A stretch of DNA of 63,533 nucleotides, the filler included, from Octopus bimaculoides (Eukaryota): the NCBI RefSeq assembly GCF_001194135.2. It is 6 parts of 6 records of this genome, joined end to end, with 100 filler letters (N's around TTAATTAATTAA, not from the genome) between each part and the next. Parts side by side here need not be neighbours in the genome. Positions count along the whole stretch, not along the records: positions 23,550 to 40,238 come from NC_068982.1; positions 40,339 to 54,225 come from NC_068991.1; 4 more parts are not named here. One strand, 5' to 3'. Every line of letters starts with the position of its first letter. The stretch's first letter is position 1. The notes beneath the pieces are model-generated. The model did not search any database. It saw nothing but the letters and a program-made list of their open reading frames with translations, and was not told where the DNA came from. Positions 28,000-40,559 of this stretch are shown here, piece after piece. Made by a program: the position numbers and the translations under genes.

Positions 28000-29385
28000 T
28001 TGATGTTGATGTACTTGACTCAATAGGTCTCCTCAAGCACAGTATGTCGCCCTACGATCCAAGGTACTTTTGAGAGGGCTGGTCATGTGACACTGGTGTA
28101 GATTACAGCTGTGAACTAACTTTATTTGCTGGGTCTTCTCAGTCACAGCATATCTCCAGAGGTTTCGGTCTTTCATCATTGCCTCTGTGAAGCCCAACAT
28201 TTGAAGGTCATGCTTCACCACCTCATCCCATGTCTTCCTAGGTCTCCCTTTATCCCGGATTCTTTCCACTGTTTGGGAGTGGCACTTCTTCACACGGCTC
28301 TCCTCGTCCATCCACAGTACATGACCATACCAACACAAACATCTCTCTTGCATGCCACATCCAATGCTTCTTATGTCTAACATTTCTCCCAGGGTGCTTA
28401 CACTCAGTGTGCACACTGACATTACACATCCAGCGGATCATACTAGCTTCATTTCTTATTTCTTTATTGCCCACTAGGGGCTAAACATAGAGGGGACAAA
28501 CAAGGACAGACAAAGGTATTAAGTCGATTACATCAACTCCAGTGCATAACTGGTACTTAATTTATTGACCCCGAAAGGATGAAAGGCAAATCGACCTCAG
28601 CGGAATTTGAACTCAGAACGTAACGGCAGACGAAATACCACTAAGCATTTTGCCCAGCTTGCTAACGTTTCTGCCAGCTTGCTGCCTCATTTCTTTTGAG
28701 CCTACGCATGTCTTCAGCAGTCACGGCCCATATTTAACAGCCGTGAAGCATGGCAGTTCGCACACATGCATCATAAAACCTACCTTTCACTCTGAGCGAG
28801 AGGCTCTTTGTCACCAGTAGGGGTAGAAGCTTTCTGAACTTTGCCCCGGCTATTCTTATTCTAGTGGTAACACTCTCTCAGTATCAACCCTCACTACAGA
28901 CTTGGTCACCTAGGTAGCAGAAGCTATCAACTACTTCTAGTTTCTCACCATGGCATGTGATGAAATCTGTTTTCTGAGCATCTGTGGTATTTATTGCTCC
29001 TGTGCATCTGCTGCATACAAAAGCTACCTTCCTGGTTAATCTTCCTTTGATGTTGCTGCACCTCTTATGTGTCCATAGTTTACACTGGGTACATCTTATG
29101 GAGTTTCTACCTATACTTTTTCTACAGATCAAGCAAGGCCACCTACCTGAAGGGGTGTGTGATGTGTTCGCCTTCCTACTTACTAGAACTTTGGTCTTTG
29201 CAACATTGACTTTAAGGCCCTTCGATTCTAAACCTTGCTTCCACACTTGAAATTTCTTCTCTAGTTCTGGTAGTGATTCTGCTATGAGGGCCAGGTCATC
29301 AGCATAGAGGAGATCCCAGGGGCAACCTGCCTTGAACTCCTCTGTTATTGCCTGGAGGATTATGATGAATAACAGGGGACAGTGA
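28000..29385 (-). mobile_element. 5'-truncated RTE-type LINE with a PHD-like finger in the RT C-terminal part, split by a SINE at 28455-28687
   Basis: PLLFIIILQ...LLYADDLALI (RT), CLICRK..CTQCKLWTHKRC...FVCSRC, LEVVDSFCYLGD, and after the SINE RWMC...LCWYGHV...GRPRKTW..DRNLWR. Confidence 0.88.
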
Positions 29386-29584
29386 CTACCACTGCTGTTC
29401 CCACTGCCGCCACCACCACCACCACCATCACCCACAACCACTTCCCTCATATTGTGTTTCTTATGTGATGCATGTCTATATATATGACATGTCATCACTG
29501 AATGATAGTTTATGTTTTTCCTAACACTACATCAATTTTTTTTCAATAATATTTTCGTTTCGTTTTTTTCTTTTTTTTTTGCAG

Positions 29585-29691
29585 ACTTGGATGGATGCTC
29601 TTATAATGCATATCTATAGTATGGGTTTGTGGTCTGGAGTTGTTCCCATGCTGGGAAGTCATCTGCCAAACAAGAAAGTTTTACTCAACAC
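29585..29691 (+). CDS. SLC6: Divergent SLC6 transporter, exon encoding TM6-IL3
   Basis: ttttttgcag|ACT...AC|gtgagt, 107 nt, phase 0-2. TWMDALIMHIYSMGLWSGVVPMLGSHLPNKKVLLN vs family VW.DA.TQIFFS.GLG.G.L..LGSY. Confidence 0.9.
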
Positions 29692-29864
29692 GTGAGTATT
29701 CAACATTCAGTCACTATTTCTAATTTTCTTATGGGGAGATGCTATAAGATAATAATGTCATACATTCACTTAAATTTCTATGATTAAATACACTTGAGCC
29801 CAGCAATAAATGGGTGGCTGTTGTTGTTTAGCTTCATGTTAGCCCTGATTGAGTGGAGGCGCAA

Positions 29865-30465
29865 CGGCCCAGTAGTTAGGGCAGCGGACTCGCGGTCATA
29901 GGATCGCGGTTTCGATTCCCAGACTGGGTGTTGTGAGTGTTTATTGAGTGAAAACACTTAAAGCTCCTCAAGGCTCCAGCAGGGGATGGTGGCGAACCCT
30001 GCTGTACTCATTCACCACAACTTTCTCTCACTCTTTCTTCTTGTTTCTGTTGTGCCTGTAATTCAAAGGGCCAGCCTTGTCACACTGTGTCATGCTGAAT
30101 ATCCCCGAGAACTACGTTAAGGGTACACGTGTCTGTGGAGTGCTCAACCACTTGCACGTTAATTTCNNNNNNNNNNCACTTAAAGCTCCTCAAGGCTCCA
30201 GCAGGGGATGGTGGCGAACCCTGCTGTACTCATTCACCACAACTTTCTCTCACTCTTTCTTCTTGTTTCTGTTGTGCCTGTAATTCAAAGGGCCAGCCTT
30301 GTCACACTGTGTCATGCTGAATATCCCCGAGAACTACGTTAAGGGTACACGTGTCTGTGGAGTGCTCAACCACTTGCACGTTAATTTCATGAGCAGGCTG
30401 TTCGATTGATCAGATCAACTGGAACCCTCGACGTCGTAAGCGACGGAGTGCCAACAACAACAACA
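29865..30465 (+). mobile_element. tRNA-derived SINE, family C (resembles octopus OR-type); middle duplicated across a 10-N gap
   Basis: ggcccagtagttagggcagcggactcgcggtc...ggtttcgattccc head and gagtgcc(aac)n tail. Other copies at 37405-37785(-), 44345-44712(-), and a related one at 53195-53515(+). Confidence 0.85.
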
Positions 30466-30959
30466 AGCTCTGATTGAGCAGAATTATAATCAAAGGCATT
30501 CCACCTGTATCCATCCTGCCATTTTAGCAATGTTTAGGAATATGTTATCTATTATGTCCTTCCCTACTTTAAGACAATAAGGTGCAATCTAAGAGAAATT
30601 TAGCTGTTATTTCTCACAAGTTGAACAACCATAAAGTCTCCCTTATTCTGCTGGCACAAGTATAATTGTGGAGCACTGAAGCACTGTATAATTAATAAGT
30701 GTTTTGTTAGCATGCAATCATCATCATTGTTTAAGTTCATTCTTGGACCTGAGTAGATGATTGCGAACAGCTCCCGAGTCATCTGGCAACTTGCTGGAAT
30801 ATAAAAGGATGTTTTTTTAAGACATTGAATGAATATGGGGATCCAGTAAAGTAAAATAGGAATCAAAAGGGCCCATAGGCAAAAACTTGTTGAGAAACAC
30901 TGATCTATGGAAAGAACAACTTGCATTAACCTAATATAATACAGGTATTATTAAATAAA

Positions 30960-31400
30960 TTAATACGACAAGACAAGCGGTGTTATTGTATGGAGCTGAG
31001 ACATGGCGAACAACAGTTAAGTCAAATAAGAAAATACAATCATTCATCAACAAGTGCTTGCATAGTATACTTAAAACCAGATGGCCCGAACACATAAGCA
31101 ATATGGAGATATGGCAAAGAATGAATCGAGTTTTGATTAGAGAGCAAATATTTAAAAAAAAGTGGAAGTGGATTGGTAGCACAATTAGAAAGGACACACC
31201 AAATGCAGTGAAAAGTGCTTTACAGTGGAATCCGGATGGATATAGAAAGAGGGGTAGGCCTAAGAACTCGTGGCGTAGATCAACACAAAAGGAACTAGAG
31301 AAAGGGGGACATTCATGGCAGAGTATAAGTACAGAAGCGAGAAATTATGTGACATGGAATTCAATTATAAGTGGCCTATACTCCGCGTTGGAGGGTTAAA
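30960..31400 (+). mobile_element. RTE-type LINE 3' fragment
   Basis: LLYGAETW...CLHSILKTRW...ISN..KKWKWIG...ALQWNPDGYRKRGRPKNSWRR. Confidence 0.88.
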
Positions 31401-31903
31401 GGCAAGAAAGAAAGAAAGAATTATCAAATAAATACTGGTATTGTTAATTAACTTAATATAAAACCGCTATTGTTAAATAAAACACTGTAATTTGAGAAGT
31501 AATGATCCATTTTAAATACAGTAGATACTTTATGTTAATAGCAATTAGATTAACACAGATTAGTACAAATTCTCTTGTTTCTAGTTAAGACATTTTCTTT
31601 TATTTATTTATTTTTCTGGGTGTTAGTTGTTTGAGAGGTCTAATTGTTTGAGACATGCATAAGAGAGAGTTTACAGTAGGTAGTAAGAACTAACTAATTG
31701 GAATTCATCTTGTGATTGTGTAAATTTTGCAATATATGCATGAGAAAGAGATGTATAACACAGCACAAAAATAGTTACTTCTTTAATTAACCACACATAA
31801 CCATGTGAACAATTGCAAAGTTTCTATTATTGATTTAGATATCTGTATAAATATGTATATTTGAGATTCTTTCACAGCTCTTTGTATTGTATGTACTCCA
31901 CAG

Positions 31904-32028
31904 TGCATGGATGTTACTACTGTTAACATATGGACTTCTACCACATTGGCTTCTTGTAGCCATTGTTCCCTACATCAACCCTCAAGATATTGGTGGTGTG
32001 TTGTCCTCAACTTCAGGAATGAAACAAG
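31904..32028 (+). CDS. SLC6: Divergent SLC6 transporter, exon encoding TM7-EL4a
   Basis: tactccacag|T...CAAG|gtaaat, 125 nt, phase 2-1, open frame AWMLLLLTYGLLPHWLLVAIVPYINPQDIGGVLSSTSGMKQ. Length and phases match the homologous vertebrate SLC6 exon as I recall it (125 nt). Confidence 0.82.
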
Positions 32029-32095
32029 GTAAATATTGGTGTTGTTTGACATAAATATTTTACACCATAAATGTGTGTGTGTGTGTGTGTGTGTG

Positions 32096-32141
<46 letters not shown>

Positions 32142-34075
32142 CTTATCTTGACATCATGAGGTTGTGTCAAATGAATGTCGTTCATTTTCAATATTCTGTG
32201 AAACACATACCTGGCAATGGAAAGATATTACATTGCTTCAAAGCAGGTAAAAGCTGGTGACAGGAAGGGCATCCTGCCATAGAAAATCTGCTTCAATAAA
32301 CCCTATCAAATTTATGCAAGCAAGGAGGAAGTGGATATTAAAACGATGTTGATGATATTATTTTTATAAAGGAAAGATTACTTGAAAATCTTAGCTATGC
32401 AGCTTTCATTAAATTGTCCAATGAAAGCCACATAGCCTAAACTTCAAAATACTTTTAACCTTTTCCATGTACAAATATATTAAAAAGTATGTTGGTAGTC
32501 TCTTGTAGTCTAAGAAAGATGGTTCTGATAATTCATACTGAACAACCTGTGCAAATGATTTGTTTATAGTGATCAGGTGCTTGTATTGCACATTAGCTCA
32601 TTAGCTCACACCTGCCATCAAATTGATATTGCCTAAACAGGTGCACAGTGTACCTCACATCAGGTGTTAAAGTGATTGCAGAGCAACATGAGATTAAGTG
32701 CTTTGCTCAAGAACACAACACACTGCCTGTCCAGGAATTGAAATGATCTCACAGTCATGAGTGCAACACCCTAACCACTAGGTCTGGCACCCTCACACTA
32801 AAAATACACACACACACACATTAAATATGTTACTCTACAGAAAAGTATTGAGTGCTCCTTTAATGTTTGACTGTTTTTATATATGACTATACATAAAAAC
32901 AAACAATAAGCATAAAAACAAATATCACCATGGGACTTTAGAAGCATAACAGCATGATGATGGTCAGAATATCCTACTGTTTGTGGTATAAAGTTGGAAT
33001 ATAGCTTATGTAATACTGGAACCCCACAGCTGGAAGTTCAAGAGACAAATAGAAGGAAGAATCTGACATGTATGTGACAGGTATTATGTTAAAGTAATCT
33101 TGTCTTTGTGAAAAAGTTGTCAATTTCATGTCTAATTTATCAGTAAATTAACTATATGCCTGCCAAGAAACATGCTCTATAATTTGCCATTCATAAGTGT
33201 GGTCTCTTTACTTGCATGGTCTTCCACTGAGGTCTTAAATGTCCTTTAAGTATTTTATCTTAAAGGCTTACATATGATACATATGAAAAGTCTGGAAGTA
33301 TTTGTAATAAAAATGGGACATCTTTTCTTCATTACAAACTTCTAAAGTTATTTGTTATTCACAGTCAAGCTGAGAATATTAAAGACAAAAAAAAACTTCA
33401 ATTTATTAACAAAAACCCTTACAATTTGTCAGAAAGTATAGTAGGACAGTAGGTTATTGGTGAGCTTAGTAAATGCCCTGGTTTTGATTCTTGATTGTAA
33501 ACATTTCACTTATACAACTAACGCTCTTTTTCTAAAACATTCCTCATCTAAACCTGAGGCCTTTTTTTTTTTTGTGTATCTATGTAAAAACATCATTATG
33601 AGATTATATACTATTTGAGAAGATATCCAAGTAAATATATCATTTAAGAAAAACAACATGGGGTTTCTCTTTTCAGCCCCAGAGAATGTTGTTTTGAGAT
33701 TGGGTTTGACATATTCTGCCTAATGGTGTAGGGGCTGATGCTATGATAACCTGACATGAAGATCTCTCTGTTAGACAGTTTATACTGCTACACATTATGT
33801 GCTAGATTGAGCATAAAACACTGAAGCTGGCAACACCGTTTTAGTTAATGAAGTAACTTAGTGGGATATAATAGTTCTTGCAGGCATACATACTATAAAG
33901 TGTGCTGGTTTTAATTGGCATGTTATATGTAATATATTCATACAAAGATGCTGGCTCTCTGATAATATTTTATATTTTAGTTTTAAATGTTGTTTATTAT
34001 GTTTTAGGTAACTAAGTAAGCTTAAGTTCTGTTTTCAAATCTTGGATTTAGTGGTTATCACTATTAAAACTATAT

Positions 34076-34151
<76 letters not shown>

Positions 34152-34334
34152 TATAGTTCAAATTTATAGAAAAACAAAGACAAAGACAGGTGTTGGAACA
34201 ATAAGCAAGTGTATTAGTTTGATGCTTGGGAAAAATAGAAAAGTATTTTATGTTTCGAGCCTATGCTCTCTGACTGAAAGGAATTAGAGGAAATGAATAG
34301 AAAGAGAATGAAAAAAACGTGTTGATATATATCG

Positions 34335-34640
34335 TCATCATTTAACGTCCGTCGTCCATGCTGGCATGGGTTGGACAGTTTGACCAGGGCTGGCATGCTG
34401 GAAGGCTGCACCAGACTCCAGTCTGGTTTGGCATAGTTTCTATGGCTGGATGTCCTTCCTAACCCCAACCATTCTGAGAGTGTAATAGGTGCCTTTATGT
34501 GCCACCTGTATGAGTGCCATTTGCATGACACCAGTATCTGCTATGGCTACAATTTTACTTGACTTGATGGGTCTTCTTCTCAAGCACGGCATAATGCCAA
34601 AGGTTTCGGCCATTCGTCATTGCCTCTGTGAGGCCCAACA
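34335..34640 (-). mobile_element. RTE-type LINE terminal codons plus 3' UTR
   Basis: 34570-34640 is similar to the ORF end of the RTE at 28140-28200. A related 3' UTR lies at ~37130-37970(+), split by a family C SINE. Confidence 0.6.
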
Positions 34641-35205
34641 ATTGAAAAGTGCTTTTTACATGCTATCAGCACAGTTGGCAGTTACATGACACCAGCATCA
34701 GCCACAACCATGATATATATAGTTCTATATTTAAGAGATGAGGAATTATGTACATTATTTACATTCGATGGATATTTGTCCTCATCTAGTGGTTTAGAGT
34801 GCGGGCTACTATCCCAAGATTCCGAGTTCGATTCCAAGCAGTGACCTGAACAACAACAACAACAACAACAACAACAACCACATCGAAAAAAACTTTAGGA
34901 ATGAGAACCCAGGTTCGAAATTTTCCCCAAATTTCGGGCCTTGTGCCTAGAATAGAAAAGATTATATATACATAATCCTCATCATTTTACCTCTACTTTC
35001 CTTCCTAGAATGGCTTGGATGGGTTGTCATTGTAGTACAAGTCAGCTCTTATTCAGAATTACTGTCTTGTTGAGTGTGCTTAGGTGACCATGTCCCACTT
35101 GCAGTATGGCTGCAATCCAATGACTGAAATAAGTAAAAGGTAAAAATAAAAAAGATATATACACAGGAGCCTGTTTTTTTCTGAGTCAAGAACTATTAGA
35201 TGATT

Positions 35206-35247
<42 letters not shown>

Positions 35248-35291
35248 AGATGGGGGGGTGTATGTGTGTCTGTGTATGTGTGTGTGAGAGG

Positions 35292-35348
<57 letters not shown>

Positions 35349-36554
35349 GGAGAGAGTTTATTTGAGCCTGAATTTTTCTAAATTTATCACAAAAAACAGT
35401 CTGAGTTTCTTGGACCTGAAGTAGCTTTAATTTTGCATAAATTCATGTAGCTAGCCAATCAGAGAGCCTGTATGTGATTGTTTGCTTTACTAGAAATACA
35501 TCCAAATGTAATCCAAATACTCTCAGCTGTTTTTATTTTATTTAAAAAGAAAAACAAGACACATTGGATAATGCACTGTTTAACACTCTGTATATAAAGT
35601 ATAAAGAAGGAATGGTCACATTTTGATTGTCATTGATCATGGTTCCGTTTTACCCTTTTGATACCAACCCACCTAACTTTATGCTTTGCAATGATCTGAA
35701 TAAAACTTCCATCAAAATTTTATGATAATTTAAGTCCCAAACAACAGCTTAATAATGGTTTCAAATTTTGGCACAAGGCCAGTGAGTTTGAGGGAGAGAT
35801 TAAGTTGATTACATCGACCCAGTGCTCAACTGGTACTTAATTTTATCGGCCCCTGAAAGGATGAAAGGCAAAGTTGACCTCCGTGGTATTTGAACTCAGA
35901 ATGTAAAGATGGATGAAATACCATTAAGCATTTTGCCCAGCATGTTAATGATTCTGCCTGTTCGCCACCTTAATGATAATAATAATAATAATCCTTTCTA
36001 TTATAGGCTCAAGGCCTGGAATTTGGGGGGAGCGGAGTAGACGATCACATCGAACCCAGTACTCAACTAGTACATATTTTATCAACCATGAAAGGATAAA
36101 AGGCAAAGTCAGTCTCAGTGGAATTTGAACTCAGAATGTAAAGACAGACAAAATGCCATTTAGCATTTCTGCTGGCATGCTAATGATTCTGCCAGCTCAC
36201 TGCCTTAATAGTACTACTACTAATAATGATGATTATAATATAATAAAAGTTTAAAATTTTGGCACAACACCAGCAATTGTTGGGGAGGTAGTAAGTCAAT
36301 TATATCGATTCCAGTGCTCAACTGGTACTTATTTTATCAACCTTGAAAAGATGAAAGGCAAAGTCAACCTCAGCAAAATTTGAACTCAGAATATAAAGAA
36401 GGACAGAATGCCGCTAAGCACTTTGCTCAGCATGGTAATAATTCTGTCAGCTTGCCACTTTACACCAGCTTAATAATGAAAGTTATCTTACTAAATTCTT
36501 CATCGTATTCCAATGTAATTTGAATATGATGAAAGTAATTGAAAGGCAGTGAGT

Positions 36555-37070
36555 GTCAGTTGTTGTTGTTGGCTGCGTCTCGTGTTTCCGAGCTTGCAAT
36601 CCAGTTCATTTTCCTGGGTGTTTGAACCACAGATGGCTCCACAATCCAAGGGTTGCATGAAACATGCGGGGACATTGTGGACAAGAGATAGAAGGGGTTG
36701 GTTTGGGAAGGAGAAGGCGCTGCTTTCTCTCCCGTCTCTTGAGTTCAGCTCATGTGACTTGGGCTTTCTTAAAGTCCGCTGAACCTGTTTTGATGGTGTG
36801 TTTACCGAGATATCCTCTCAGTGTGCGGGGTCAATGTTGGTGCTTTTCAAGGCTGATTTGAGTTGGTTCTTGTACCGCCTCAAGGGGGCTCCATGAGGAC
36901 GTTTTCCTTCAGACAGTTCACCGTAGAGACAGATCTTGGGAAAGCGATGTTCATTCATCCGACGGATGTGACCTGACCATCGGAGACGATGTTCAATGAT
37001 CAAAGCTTCGATGCTCAAGAGACCTGATCTTTCAAGCACAGAGTTATTGGTGATGTGATCTTCCCAGTTG
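36555..37070 (-). mobile_element. RTE-type LINE 3' end with C-terminal C2H2 finger and (AAC)n tail
   Basis: LLSIEALII..RLRWSGHIRRM...ICLYGELSEGKRPHGAPLRRYKNQLK...CPQCPRMF...LWSH; ends gcc(aac)4. Confidence 0.85.
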
Positions 37071-38002
37071 ATGTTCAGGATAGAGTGAAGTTTGGATTGA
37101 TTGGATTGAGTGTCAGTAGAAATATGGTAACAAAGGGGCTAGTAAAATCGCTGCCTTCCATACATACAGGCTTGTCCTTTCAGGAGCCAGTGCTACATAA
37201 GTATCACCTGTACCAGTGCTGTGTAAACCCACCTTTGCCAGTGCTGTGTGAATGTACCTATGCGGTGCTGTGTAAAAATCATCTGTGCCAGTGCTGTATA
37301 AACACACCCATGCTGGTGTTGTGTAAATACACCCATGCTGGTGTTGTGTAATGATCACCTGTGCTGGTGCTAGCGTAAAAACACCTATGCCGGTGGCATG
37401 TTGTTGTTGGCACTCCGTCGCTTACGATGTCAAGGGTTCCAGTTGATCTGATCAATGGAACAGCCTGCTCGTGAAATTAACGTGCAAGTGGCTGAGCACT
37501 CCATAGATACGTGTACCCTTAACGTAGTTCTTGGGGATATTCAGCGTGACACAGTGTGACAAGGCTGACCCTTTGAATTACAGGCACAACAGAAACAGGA
37601 AGTAAGAGTGAGAGAAAGTTGTGGTGAAAGAGTACAGCAGAGTTCACCACCATCTCCTGCCAGAGCCTCGTGGAGCTTTATGTGTTTTCGCTCAATAAAT
37701 ACTCACAACGCCGGTCTGGGAATCAAAACTGCGACCCTATGACCGCGAGTCCGCTGCCCTAACCACTGGGCCATTGTGCCTCCACCCGGTGGCATGTAAA
37801 AAGCACCCAACACACTCTATTAAGTAGTTGGCATTAGGAAGGGCATCCAGTCATAGAACCCATGTCACAAAAGACGATTAGAATCTGGACAGCTCCCAGC
37901 TGGCCAGCTCCGTATCAAACTGTCCAATCCATGCCAGCATGGAAAGCAGATGTTAAACAATGATGATGAAATAACACGTGATAATTTCCCTTCTCTTTGC
38001 AG

Positions 38003-38115
38003 GTCTTCCCGTGTTACTGGTATCGGTTGCCAATACATTCTCTCAATACAATTTATCTCCAGTTATTGCTTCGATGGTCTATCTGTCTTTTTTCTTACTG
38101 GCACTGCTTCATCAG
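38003..38115 (+). CDS. SLC6: Divergent SLC6 transporter, exon encoding EL4b-TM8
   Basis: cttctctttgcag|GT...CAG|gtaggt, 113 nt, phase 1-0. GLPVLLVSVANTFSQYNLSPVIASMVYLSFFLLALLHQ aligns without gaps to GPGLAF.AYP.A.TQLP.SPLWA.LFF.ML..LG.DSQ, ending at the same conserved Q/intron. Confidence 0.9.
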
Positions 38116-38329
38116 GTAGGTTTATTTCAACAATCACATCAAAGGAGAAAACACTTTTTATACAACAGTGTGTAGCCTTGCTAACTCTTTTAATTAGGCA
38201 GAGTGTGTATGACAAAAACACATTGTTTAACACTTGCATATATGCACAAATACACATACAAACATACACACAGAAATAAACTACAAATACATTTATGTAT
38301 TGATACATGCATGCGCGCGTGCGGGCACA

Positions 38330-38365
<36 letters not shown>

Positions 38366-38749
38366 CATACACATACTAAATGCATGAAACTCTCAGGCTT
38401 TGAGTCACTCTGTTAGTTGAACTAAATATTAATAAAAATATACAGTCATATTTTTAGTTCTATTTTTCCTGTTCACATCAATACACCTAGTAGATAAAGC
38501 AATTAAGATTATGAAGCCAGGAAATGCTCCCGGCCCATCAGGAATCACTGGGACAACTGAAGAACATCAATAGAGAAATCAGTGTGTATGACAAAAACAC
38601 ATTGTTTAACACTTGCATATATGCACAAATACACATACAAACATACACACATATTTTTTTCATGCTAGCATCACTATTAAGGTCATGATAACTTGCACAC
38701 CTACAAATACATTTATGTATTGATACATGCATGCGCGCGTGCGGGCACA

Positions 38750-38791
<42 letters not shown>

Positions 38792-39892
38792 CATACACAT
38801 ACTAAATGCATGAAACTCTCACTATTGATGTTCTTCAGTTTGTATGTGTATTTGTGCATATATGCAAGTGTTAAACAATGTGTTTTTGTCATACACACTG
38901 ATTTCTCTATTGATGTTCTTCAGTTGTACCAGGGTCTCTGGTTTGTTGATGTAAACTCTCATTTTTCATATGTGATGTGGTGGTGTTGCAAAATCTGTCG
39001 AATGTAAATAATGTACATAATTCCTCGTCTCTTACATATAGAACTGTACTAGTCTGGGAACTTTTTGATACTGTCTCATACAGTGTGCACTGGATATTTT
39101 TTTCATGCTAGCATCACTATTAAGGTCATGATAACTTGCACACCTACAAAACTTGAGGGGTTTTATACTAGCAGATAAGGATTAAGGTATGAGAGAAGGG
39201 AGTGAATCAGAGCAGGTCCTAGCTGTAGGGATGCTACATTGCTACCCACATTCAGGAGAGAGTTAGAAATGGATCAGTTGTAGCTGCAATGGGATAAATA
39301 ATGGTGATGAGTTGTCCAATATTCTTGTTAAGTGCCATCCCTGAGTTCAAATAACACCAGCATTTACTTTCACTTTCATTCTCCTAACCATGTGTCTATG
39401 AAAATGGAAGCGGTATAATAAATGATGAATTCAATTGACTATGTACCTACACTACAAAATTGTAGCCTTGTGTTAAAATTATCTATCATTGTAATTTTAA
39501 TGGGGGTTTTTTTCCAATAAAAATATTTTGAACCTTCAAGTGAAACCTTTGTACCAAGAGCCTCTATGTAGAGGAGTTTCTGTACAGGTAATTACTAAAT
39601 GTGATAAGTTAGAATCCGCTGCTGTATATGGCTATTGCATTATCTTTTATGGAAATAAAGAATCCATTTCAGATTTCATGAGATAATTCAGAAAGCAGAT
39701 GGAAAGGAAGATAATAAATAATGACTAAAATAAAATAAAATAAAAACAAGAACAATGAATGTATAGTTATACATGAATGAGTGTGTATGCATGTGTATAT
39801 GTGTGTATGTGTACACATTAAATGTTAATATAGGGACGTATTCATATGCACACACACACACACACACACATATATGTATATATACATACATA

Positions 39893-40238
39893 CAGGGTGT
39901 CCCAAAAATCACTGATGGGTTTCAATTTCTAATAACTTCCTTAAATTTACAGATAAAAGCATGAAATTTTGATACAATATAAAGGACATAATGGAAATTA
40001 ATAGGCACAAGTCAAATTTTGCAACACCACTACATCACATATGAAAAATGACATCTCTTAAATGTCAGCCATTTTCAGCTTCACACAACCATGCTCTTTC
40101 CAAAACTTGCACCATAACACCCTCAAGAGTTTCAGACTCCACTTCTCTGATTTCTCTATTGATGTTCTTCAGTTGTACCAGGGTCTCTGGTTTGTTGATG
40201 TAAACTCTCATTTTTCATATGTGATGTGGTGGTGTTGC
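39893..40238 (-). mobile_element. Tc1/mariner-type element 3' end with TIR
   Basis: TA|cagggtgtcccaaaaa TIR. The reverse strand reads ..LERAWLCEAENG.HLRDVIFHM*, like the RA.LC..NG.H.E C-terminus of Tc1/mariner transposases. Confidence 0.6.
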
Positions 40239-40559
40239 NNNNNNNNNNNNNNNNNNNNNNNNNNNNNNNNNNNNNNNNNNNNTTAATTAATTAANNNNNN
40301 NNNNNNNNNNNNNNNNNNNNNNNNNNNNNNNNNNNNNNTATATATATATATATATATACATACATACATATATACATATATTAATATGTACTCGTATATA
40401 TATATGTATACATATATATATATGTATACATACTGATGCAGTGGAAAATTCACTGGACAACGGTGTTTGGTGCCTGTGAAACATATCAAATGAAAAAAAA
40501 TTAGAACCTGCCAAAATTTCAAGCATACTTGTGTGCAAGCCAAGAAAAACCAAAGTTTT

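Noticed and set aside
29865-29945. tRNA gene-like sequences (also 53195-53270, 34790-34850, 21325-21390)
   Set aside because: They are SINE heads continuing into SINE bodies, without an intact cloverleaf.
26600-30350. Direct duplications flanking 10-N gaps (26600-26690, 29950-30350; also 5640-5720)
   Set aside because: Typical unmerged contig overlaps, i.e. assembly artefacts.
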